From positions 1-32,733 of the forward strand of contig DFES01000196.1 of the NCBI GenBank assembly GCA_002369175.1: a DNA stretch of 32,733 bases. Reading direction: 5' to 3'. The notes under the pieces were generated by a model that was given only the letters and a program-made list of their open reading frames with translations, was not told where the DNA came from and did not search any database. Numbering within the stretch: the stretch's first letter is position 1; each line of letters opens with the position of its first letter. Source of the stretch: Selenomonadaceae bacterium UBA3796. GTDB lineage: Bacteria; Bacillota; Negativicutes; Selenomonadales; Selenomonadaceae. Both the position numbers and the translations under genes were made by a program. Below are positions 15,809-22,725 of this stretch, one piece after another.

Positions 15809-17109
15809 TCTCCGCCCTTGCCCTTCACCGATACATCTGCAAAGGGCGTTCCATAGCCGCCATGGCTGGTTGCATTCGGCGGGGTGCCGTTCCCGCCTCG
15901 TTTGCTGTCCCGCGGACCCCGTGGGCGCCGATCTCTTCTGTGTCCGCCGGGCTCACGGTCGCGGACTTCCTTTCGGTTTCGGCGGCTGCGGTTATCGCGG
16001 CTGCGATTCCCGTCCTTTGCCTCCTTTTCATCCCTGTTTTCTTTCTTTTCCCGTGTATCCCGTTTTTCCCGCAAGTCTTTTGTTTCTTTGTGATCACGTT
16101 TCTCGTGCATCTCTTTCCGATGCTTGCGCGGGCGATTTCCGAAACTGCGGCGATGAGAGCCCTCTTCCTCATCAGGGGCCGGCCTTCCCGCATCCTGCCC
16201 CTTCTCTTCCCCTTCGTCACTTGCAGGTTCCCATGTCTCGTTCCTGCCGCTGTTTGGAGCTTCCTCCTCATCCTTCTCGACGATATCCTCCCAGGAAGCC
16301 ACAATGGTCTTATTATCATCCAGCAGAATGGTCGTCGTGCGCCTCTGGGCATTGACGGAAATAACCCTGCCCTCGCCCTCCACGGAAACAATCCGGCTCC
16401 CCGGTTTCGGCGCCTGCACCACAGCTTTTCTCTTGCAGTCGCCCTCATAGCAGTCACTCTCATACTTCAGGCAGCACATGAGCCTGCCGCAAATGCCGGA
16501 AATCTTCGTCGGATTCAAGGACAAATTCTGCTCCTTCGCCATGCGGATGGAGACCGGCTCAAAGTCCCCCAGAAAAGAAGCACAGCAAAGAGGACGCCCA
16601 CAGCATCCGATGCCTCCCATGAGTTTCGCCTCATCCCTAACGCCGATCTGCCGGAGTTCGATGCGCGTGCGGAATACCGAGGCAAGATCCTTCACCAGTT
16701 CCCGAAAATCAATGCGCCCATCTGCGGTGAAATAGAACACGATCTTATTCAGGTCGAAGGTGTATTCCACATCCACCAGCTTCATGGGAAGCGCGTGCTC
16801 TGCAATTTTCTTCTCGCAAAGGCGGAACGCCTCCTTCTCCCTCTCCTTGTTCTCCTGGATTCGCCTATCATCAGCTTCGGAGGCCTTGCGCTGAACCACT
16901 TTCAGCGGCAGCACCACCTCGCTGTCCTCCACCTCCCGCGGCCCGATAACTGTGTAACCGTACTCAATGCCCCTTGCCGTCTCGACAATGACCCCATCGC
17001 CCTTTTCGATGGCAAGTCGTCCCGGACTGAAATAATAGATTTTCCCCGCTTTCTTGAAGCGGACACCGATGACTGTCTGCAACTCTTTTCCCCCATATCC
17101 GGAAACCAT
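15805..17109 (-). CDS. ricT: PSP1-domain protein RicT/YaaT with a long charged C-terminal extension
   Basis: The N-terminal 280 aa (VIGVRFKKAGKIYYFSPG..., GIGCCGRPLCCASFLGDFEPVSIRMAKEQNLSLNPTKISGICGRLMCCLKYE) match the YaaT/PSP1 family. The last roughly 150 aa are an R/K/D/E-rich low-complexity tail. A likely true start is TTG at 17082 (GGGGGA SD 6 nt upstream), giving MQTVIGVRFKK. Confidence 0.85.
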   Translation of the reverse strand: MVSGYGGKELQTVIGVRFKKAGKIYYFSPGRLAIEKGDGVIVETARGIEYGYTVIGPREVEDSEVVLPLKVVQRKASEADDRRIQENKEREKEAFRLCEKKIAEHALPMKLVDVEYTFDLNKIVFYFTADGRIDFRELVKDLASVFRTRIELRQIGVRDEAKLMGGIGCCGRPLCCASFLGDFEPVSIRMAKEQNLSLNPTKISGICGRLMCCLKYESDCYEGDCKRKAVVQAPKPGSRIVSVEGEGRVISVNAQRRTTTILLDDNKTIVASWEDIVEKDEEEAPNSGRNETWEPASDEGEEKGQDAGRPAPDEEEGSHRRSFGNRPRKHRKEMHEKRDHKETKDLREKRDTREKKENRDEKEAKDGNRSRDNRSRRNRKEVRDREPGGHRRDRRPRGPRDSKRGGNGTPPNATSHGGYGTPFADVSVKGKGGE

Positions 17110-17141
17110 GCGCCAAGAATGGATACATGCTGCACAGTTCC

Positions 17142-18140
17142 TTACAAATCCTTGACTTTAATCAAAAAACCTTCCATGTGCAAACGAAGATTCACGTTTG
17201 ACTGCAAACGGTGCTGTGTCTCTTTCACAAGGCGCAGCATGGAAAAAATCCGCCCCTCAGGAAAATCCGCCAGTGCCCCCAGAATCTGTGGGCAAAGATC
17301 CTGATGATAAAGAAGTTCACTGCTGCCGCCACAACAAAGCACCAGCATGTCCCGAAAGAGCATGCCGAGATAGGAGAGCCAGCCGGAAACACGCTCCCTC
17401 TCCCATTCTCCCATGGACTTTCCCCGGCACCATACCTCATCCATGGACATCGTGCCAAGCTGCCAAAGGAACTCTGCCGCATCATTCCTCAATGACATGC
17501 CGTCTCCTGCACGAAGTTTCCCGGCACGTCCAATGCTGCCGTCGGAAAGAAGAGCCAGTTCCCTTGCCTCTTCTGCCGGAACGCCCTCCCTTGCAAGAAG
17601 CTCCGCGACTGCCTCCACAGAAAGCATGCCGAAGCCCACGGGCATGGAGCGGGAAACAATCGTATCCAATAGGGAACTCCGTCTGCCGGAAATCAAAAGA
17701 AAGGTCACGTCCCCCACCGGTTCCTCCAGGGTTTTCAACAAACTGTTCGCCGCCGCATCGTTCATGAGCTCCGCATCATCAATAATAACCGCCCGCCGCC
17801 CGGAAAGAATGGGCAGACGGGCAATTTCTCCCTGCAGTTCCCGTATTTGTTCCATGCGAATGATGCGCGCCGACTTTCCCCTGGACTCCGGCAGCACCAT
17901 ATGAAAATCCGGATGGTTCTCCTGAAGAAGCGCACGACAGGACGGGCAAAGTCCACAGGAACCTTCCTCCCTTTCGCACAACAATGCAGCGGCAAGTGCC
18001 TGTGCCACCCGTCGCTTGCCTACCCCCTCCGGTCCGGTGAACAGCATTGCATGGGGAAGTTTCCCCTCTCGCAGCATTGCTCTCAGACGGGCAATATTCT
18101 CTTCATGCCCGACAATCGCCTTCCATGCGATATCCATCAC
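17142..18140 (-). CDS. holB: DNA polymerase III subunit delta prime
   Basis: 332 aa. It contains GHEENIARLRAMLREGKLPHAMLFTGPEGVGKRRVAQALAAALLCE, a Zn module CGLCPSCRALLQENHPDF and IIDDAELMNDAAANSLLKTLEEP. An ATGA overlap links it to the yaaR stop. Confidence 0.9.
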   Translation of the reverse strand: MMDIAWKAIVGHEENIARLRAMLREGKLPHAMLFTGPEGVGKRRVAQALAAALLCEREEGSCGLCPSCRALLQENHPDFHMVLPESRGKSARIIRMEQIRELQGEIARLPILSGRRAVIIDDAELMNDAAANSLLKTLEEPVGDVTFLLISGRRSSLLDTIVSRSMPVGFGMLSVEAVAELLAREGVPAEEARELALLSDGSIGRAGKLRAGDGMSLRNDAAEFLWQLGTMSMDEVWCRGKSMGEWERERVSGWLSYLGMLFRDMLVLCCGGSSELLYHQDLCPQILGALADFPEGRIFSMLRLVKETQHRLQSNVNLRLHMEGFLIKVKDL

Positions 18141-18589
18141 AAATAGAGATCCAGCAGCATGCCGCGGATGGCATCATGGCTGGCAAGGATATCCAGGCGC
18201 TTCGCCTGTCCCAAACGGAGCTTTTCCGCTATTTCCTCCAGCTTTTTGTCGATCTTCCTGACCGTCGTATAGACCTTCTGCCGTCCCATGCGATCCCATC
18301 CCGCCTGGGTGTGCATATCGTACATATGCGCTACCGCCTCACCCACAAAATTCTTGATCAGCGTGCGGTATTCCTTGAGCTCATCGTAAGTTGGCGTAAC
18401 CGAAAGCCTGGCTCCCTGGTCATCGATCTGCTTCATGAGCTTCTCCAGATGCTCCTCCACCAGGACACCCTCCTGGTCATAAAGTTCCATGGAAAATTCC
18501 GTGCCAACATCCTGAAGCCTCTCAACGCTGTCGCGAAGCCGCAGGATCGTAGGAGCCTGCCCTGTAAAATGATTTATCTTTACTGCCAT
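18137..18589 (-). CDS. yaaR: YaaR/DUF327-family protein
   Basis: The size and position (immediately upstream of holB, as in B. subtilis yaaR-holB-yaaT) fit, and it is a helical protein ending ...AIRGMLLDLYL. I chose the start at ATG 18589 (MAVKINHF), which has SD AGGTGG 5 nt upstream. The ORF track extends to 18643. Confidence 0.7.
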   Translation of the reverse strand: MAVKINHFTGQAPTILRLRDSVERLQDVGTEFSMELYDQEGVLVEEHLEKLMKQIDDQGARLSVTPTYDELKEYRTLIKNFVGEAVAHMYDMHTQAGWDRMGRQKVYTTVRKIDKKLEEIAEKLRLGQAKRLDILASHDAIRGMLLDLYL

Positions 18590-18651
18590 CACTGCCACCT
18601 GCTTTCCGGCAAACCACGCCCAAAGGCCATATACAAAGGCCATCTATAGAG

Positions 18652-18690
18652 ATTATAACGCAATTGTTCCAGTTTTTCCATAGGCAAAAC
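18652..18690 (-). promoter_or_regulatory. Copy 1 of a 39-nt repeated promoter-like module ending in TATAAT. It overlaps the last codons and stop of ubiX.
   Basis: The minus strand reads GTTTTGCCTATGGAAAAACTGGAACAATTGCGTTATAAT, which is 37/39 identical to 21141..21103. The -10 is TATAAT (18657-18652). A possible -35 is TGGAAA with a 17-nt spacer. The yaaR ATG is 62 nt downstream. Confidence 0.55.
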
Positions 18691-19249
18691 CCGGATCCCA
18701 TGGACAAAATCCTTCCAGCTGCAGCCCAAACTGCATGAGGATCTTTCCGAGAATGTGCCGCACCTGCTTTTCCAGCGTATCCGCCCCGTTGTAGAAGGTG
18801 AGTACCGGCGGAACGATGCTGCAACCGCAATCCGCCAGTTCCTTAAGATTCCGCAAGTGAATGGGAGACAGCGGCATCTCACGGGGAACCAGAACCAGTT
18901 TGCGCCCCTCCTTCAGGCACACATCCGCCGCCCTGAGCAGCAGATTGGACGAAAAACCCGAAGCAATGCCTGCGGCTGTCTTCATGCTGCAAGGAAGAAC
19001 AATCATGCCCTCCGTCCGAAAGGAACCGCTGGACACCAACGCTGTCATATCTCCATTATCATATGTCTGATCTGCCATCTTCATCACTTCATCCGGAGAA
19101 AGCTCCGTTTCGCAGCGAAGCGTTGACACCGCGCCTTCTGTCATGATGAGATGCGTCTCCACCCCGGACATCCCCCGAAGTGCACGCAGGAGCTCAACTC
19201 CCATGACAACCCCGCTGGCGCCCGTGATTCCTATAATCAAGCGTTTCAT
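18653..19249 (-). CDS. ubiX: Flavin prenyltransferase UbiX (prFMN synthase)
   Basis: MKRLIIGITGASGVVMGVELLRAL..., VLPCSMKTAAGIASGFSSNLLLRAADVCLKEGRKLVLVPREMPLSPIHLRNL are canonical UbiX/Pad1 blocks. The start at 19249 has SD GGAGGGG. The ORF track extends to 19315. Confidence 0.88.
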   Translation of the reverse strand: MKRLIIGITGASGVVMGVELLRALRGMSGVETHLIMTEGAVSTLRCETELSPDEVMKMADQTYDNGDMTALVSSGSFRTEGMIVLPCSMKTAAGIASGFSSNLLLRAADVCLKEGRKLVLVPREMPLSPIHLRNLKELADCGCSIVPPVLTFYNGADTLEKQVRHILGKILMQFGLQLEGFCPWDPGFAYGKTGTIAL

Positions 19250-19373
19250 CCAACCCCTCCATGCTATCGATACGATCGTACCAAAGTTCTGTAAATCCTC
19301 CGTCCCCGTGAACATACAAAAGTGATAGATTATGGTAAAATAAAGAAAATGTTTTCAGAAGGGAAAGAAGGAT

Positions 19374-20147
19374 ATGCTGATTGCCATCGTTACCGGTGCC
19401 TCCAGTGGACTGGGGCGAGAATACGTCCGCGCTCTGGATGCGCGAAAATTGGATGAAATCTGGGTCATCGCCCGCCGCAAAGAACGTCTGCAGACTCTTG
19501 CAGAAGAAACGAACACACCGCTCCGCATCCTGGCCTGCGACCTCACAGAGCCTGCCGTGCTTCACGCCATCGAAGAAGAGCTGGCAAAAAACCATCCCAT
19601 CGTAAAATATCTCATCAATGCCGCAGGCTTTGGAAAAATCGGAAGTTTTGCGGACATCTCCACCGAAGAGCTTTGTGCCATGATTGATCTCAATTGCCGG
19701 GCTGCCGTTGCCATCACCCAGATGACACTGCCCTATATTCCTCCCACGGGAAAAATTCTTGAGATCTGTTCCTGCGCGGCCTTCCAACCTATCCCCTTCC
19801 TGAACGTCTATTCCGCCTCAAAAGCCTTCCTGCTGCGCTACAGTCGCGCCCTTCGCACCGAACTCGCCCCACGGGGGATTCATGTTACCGCAGTCTGCCC
19901 TTACTGGGTACGGGATACAGAATTCATCGCTCACGCAAAAAAGACAAAGAACCCGTCCTATCTTTCCACCTTTCCCTTTCCCCAGGAATGCGCCGAGATT
20001 GTCCGACGCTCCCTGCGGGGAGCCGAAAACAATGTTGATGTCGTCACTCCCGGCCTCGTTCCATTCCTGCACCGTATCCTTTCAAGTCTCCTTCCTCACA
20101 GCCTCATGATGCTCGGCAGCAGGGTATTCCACAGGATTGGACGGTAA
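19374..20147 (+). CDS. Short-chain dehydrogenase/reductase (SDR) family oxidoreductase
   Basis: 257 aa. The cofactor motif is IVTGASSGLG, followed by NAAG, and the catalytic motif is YSASK (YxxxK). SD GAAGGA precedes the ATG. Confidence 0.85.
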   Translation: MLIAIVTGASSGLGREYVRALDARKLDEIWVIARRKERLQTLAEETNTPLRILACDLTEPAVLHAIEEELAKNHPIVKYLINAAGFGKIGSFADISTEELCAMIDLNCRAAVAITQMTLPYIPPTGKILEICSCAAFQPIPFLNVYSASKAFLLRYSRALRTELAPRGIHVTAVCPYWVRDTEFIAHAKKTKNPSYLSTFPFPQECAEIVRRSLRGAENNVDVVTPGLVPFLHRILSSLLPHSLMMLGSRVFHRIGR

Positions 20148-20153
20148 CTATTT

Positions 20154-21041
20154 TTACGCCACATCCACAAGCATCTGCAAGCGCTGCCTGAGCAGCTCGA
20201 AATCCCGAAGCCGCCGTCCCAGCATGCGGATATCTTCGGCACAGTCTCCTGTAGGCACGGATTCCGAATCATCCAGAAACAGTTCGTCATCCCCCATGTC
20301 CTGTCCTTCGCTGGACATGATGTGGAAATGGGCATTGGCCAGCATGCAGGCAACTTCAAAAATGCGGGCAAGCAGTTTCTCAATGCGTTCCTGCAGATCC
20401 TCCAACCGCCCCTTTTCCAGCTGAAGCTTCAACATTTGCCGCTCCCTATGCATCTCCCTCTCATAATGCTCTGCAATACCCGTGAGCAGACGTCCGGCGG
20501 AAGCTGCCGATGCCGCTCTTCGACCGGCGATGATCTTCACATCGTTCCGAAGGCAGAAGCGATATTTTTCCGAAAACAAGGTCTGGCTGCCCATCATGCG
20601 ATCCACGCCGACAATGTACCGCGCCTTTCTCAGCATGTGGATGACTTCCCTGCGCGGCTGCTCCTGAAAAGAAATCGCATGGAACTGCCGATTTCCCATT
20701 CCTCTTGCCTCACATTCCCGCACCAGCAAGTTCGTATAGGCCTGATGATTGTTAAACACATAGATATCGGCAGCTTCCGGGATTTTGGAAATCGCCGTAA
20801 AAAAATCCTCCATGGGATGCAAATCAAAGACAAACAATCGCTCCCCGGGTACGATCCGAGACAGAGCCTCACGCTGTGTCGTCGCGCAAATATAGAGGGC
20901 ACCGGACTCCACATCCCTCACCTCTGCCGTTGTCATTGTCGTGATTTCAACAGCGCCCTCCATAAAGGACTCTGTAATCGCCTTGATCTCATCCGCTATG
21001 AGTGCATCACTTCCCACCGCAATGAGCCTGAGTTCACGCAT
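20154..21041 (-). CDS. Hypothetical protein: N-terminal alpha/beta (PrpR_N-like?) region, central coiled coil, acidic segment
   Basis: The ORF track gives 20154..21086. I prefer ATG 21041 (MRELRLIAVGSD...) because of a strong SD GGAAGGAG directly upstream. Codon bias is consistent with real genes. I recognise no catalytic or DNA-binding motif. Confidence 0.6.
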   Translation of the reverse strand: MRELRLIAVGSDALIADEIKAITESFMEGAVEITTMTTAEVRDVESGALYICATTQREALSRIVPGERLFVFDLHPMEDFFTAISKIPEAADIYVFNNHQAYTNLLVRECEARGMGNRQFHAISFQEQPRREVIHMLRKARYIVGVDRMMGSQTLFSEKYRFCLRNDVKIIAGRRAASAASAGRLLTGIAEHYEREMHRERQMLKLQLEKGRLEDLQERIEKLLARIFEVACMLANAHFHIMSSEGQDMGDDELFLDDSESVPTGDCAEDIRMLGRRLRDFELLRQRLQMLVDVA

Positions 21042-21102
21042 CTCCTTCCATCCTTTCCTGATATATCCCCACTTATCTGAATTCACACACTACTCCATGA
21101 TT

Positions 21103-21146
21103 ATTATAACGCAATTGTTCAAGTTTTGCCATAGGCAAAACTTGAA
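21103..21146 (-). promoter_or_regulatory. Copy 2 of the 39-nt promoter-like module (21103-21141), embedded in a perfect 13-3-13 palindrome (21118-21146)
   Basis: The minus strand reads GTTTTGCCTATGGCAAAACTTGAACAATTGCGTTATAAT. The palindrome is TTCAAGTTTTGCC-ATA-GGCAAAACTTGAA. The TATAAT lies 61 nt upstream of the ATG at 21041. Confidence 0.55.
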
Positions 21147-21234
21147 TCAAATAAAACCTCCATAGCCGGAAGGAATCCCTGCCTTCTTTGGCGAATTGTT
21201 TCCACCATCAAACTTTCCAAGGAGATGTTGCATC

Positions 21235-21543
21235 ATGAAGACAAAATTGGCCGTATGGCTTGCCCAGAAGAAATTTGCGGAAAATGTGCCCCAGGCTCTG
21301 GATTTCTTGGATTCCCTTGCCAAGGACGAATGTCCGCCGGAGCTTTTCGACCGCATCCAAAAAGATCTGGATGCACGCATTGCCATCGGAGAGCCCTTGA
21401 CTGAAAAAGCGGTTCTGGCTTTCCTTCATGAAAAGCTCAGAACCGCTGAAAAACTCATTGCATACTGGGAAGAACATCCCAAGGATACCAATGCCATCTT
21501 CTTCCTGAGACGTTACCATCAATATCAGGAAGAAGGGGAATAG
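21235..21543 (+). CDS. Hypothetical small protein (102 aa), divergent from 20154..21041
   Basis: The ORF-track ORF 21196..21543 was trimmed to ATG 21235 (MKTKLAVWLAQKKF), which has SD AAGGAG upstream. The codon bias looks genuine. The 3' end overlaps the ctpA 3' end by 19 nt. Confidence 0.5.
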   Translation: MKTKLAVWLAQKKFAENVPQALDFLDSLAKDECPPELFDRIQKDLDARIAIGEPLTEKAVLAFLHEKLRTAEKLIAYWEEHPKDTNAIFFLRRYHQYQEEGE

Positions 21544-22700
21544 GGAAGTTCTGCTTTCTCCGCAATTTTCTCCCGGAGTATCTCTTCTGCCTTTTGAAGC
21601 TGGACGTCCGAAGCAGCTTCCGGCCGGAGTTCCACTTTCACATCAGGTTCTATGCCCACACCGTCAATGCTTCGCCCGCTAGGCGTGTAGTATTTGGCTA
21701 TGGTAATTTTCACCGCATCGTCATGGAACATGGGCATGATCACCTGGACAGAGCCCTTGCCGTAGGACTGTGTGCCCACCAGGGTTCCGGCTTTTGTATC
21801 CTGCAAGGCACCCGCAAGGATTTCTGCCGCGCTGGCACTGTTTCCGTCAATCAGCACCACAATGGGGTACTTCTCTTCCTTCAAGTCAGAGGTGTACTCC
21901 TCTTTGTCGCCGCTTCGATTCACCACGGAGACCACAGGCCCCTCCGGCACCACCAGGTTGGCAATTTCCACACAGCTGGTCACCAAGCCGCCGGGATTCT
22001 CCCGAAGGTCGATGATGAGACCCTTCATCCCCTCATTCTCCAATGACTTGTATACATTCTCGAACTCGGATGCGGTCTTCTCGCTGAAGGACGCAATGCG
22101 GATATATCCCATGCCGTCTTCCAGCATCTTGCCTGCGGCAGTCTTCACCTGTATGGTATCCCGGGTGATGGTGAAGTCCCTGTTCTCCTCCCCTTCGCGA
22201 TGGACGGAGAGTGTGACCTCTGTCCCCACCTGCCCCCTGATATGAATGGCCACTTCCTCGGGCTGCATCTCCGTCACAGGCGTTCCATCCACGGCAAGAA
22301 TCTCATCGTTGGCCTGGAGCCCCGCCTTCGCTGCCGGCGAATCGTCCATAACGGAAATCACGGAGACCTTGCCTGTCTTAAACCCCATATAGATTCCGAT
22401 ACCACCAAAGGAGCCTTCCGTCTGATCCATGAACTGGCGGTACATCTTCGGCGGCAGATAAATGGAATGCGGGTCTTCCAGGGACTGCACCATGCCATTG
22501 ATTGCACCGTCCATGAGCTTTGTGGAGTCTATCTCTGTGACATAACGGGACTCGATAAACCTCATGACCCCCGCAAACCGGAGAACATCCCCGATCTTTT
22601 GCCCGGTAAGGCTCAATGCATAGCATATACCGCCTACCGTAAGCATGGAGGAAACAACAGCAGTTGCGGCAATGACAGCCGCAATTTTCTTTTTGCTCAT
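21525..22700 (-). CDS. ctpA: Carboxy-terminal processing protease (S41 family, PDZ domain)
   Basis: 391 aa with an N-terminal anchor. The PDZ block is VMDDSPAAKAGLQANDEILAVDGTPV. The S41 blocks are GLIIDLRENPGG, VVLIDGNSASAAEILAGALQD and GTQSYGKGSVQ. Confidence 0.9.
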   Translation of the reverse strand: MSKKKIAAVIAATAVVSSMLTVGGICYALSLTGQKIGDVLRFAGVMRFIESRYVTEIDSTKLMDGAINGMVQSLEDPHSIYLPPKMYRQFMDQTEGSFGGIGIYMGFKTGKVSVISVMDDSPAAKAGLQANDEILAVDGTPVTEMQPEEVAIHIRGQVGTEVTLSVHREGEENRDFTITRDTIQVKTAAGKMLEDGMGYIRIASFSEKTASEFENVYKSLENEGMKGLIIDLRENPGGLVTSCVEIANLVVPEGPVVSVVNRSGDKEEYTSDLKEEKYPIVVLIDGNSASAAEILAGALQDTKAGTLVGTQSYGKGSVQVIMPMFHDDAVKITIAKYYTPSGRSIDGVGIEPDVKVELRPEAASDVQLQKAEEILREKIAEKAELPYSPSS

Positions 22701-22725
22701 ATATGCCTCAATTCGTCAATTCTCC

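Noticed and set aside
21103-21141. The repeated 39-mer as a sigma-54 promoter, or as a LexA (GAAC-N4-GTTC) or CcpA cre site.
   Set aside because: TGGCA and TTGC are present, but the GG-to-GC distance is 18 nt rather than the roughly 12 nt required for -24/-12 promoters. GAACAATTGCGTT does not fit GAAC-N4-GTTC. The cre consensus fails at several core positions.
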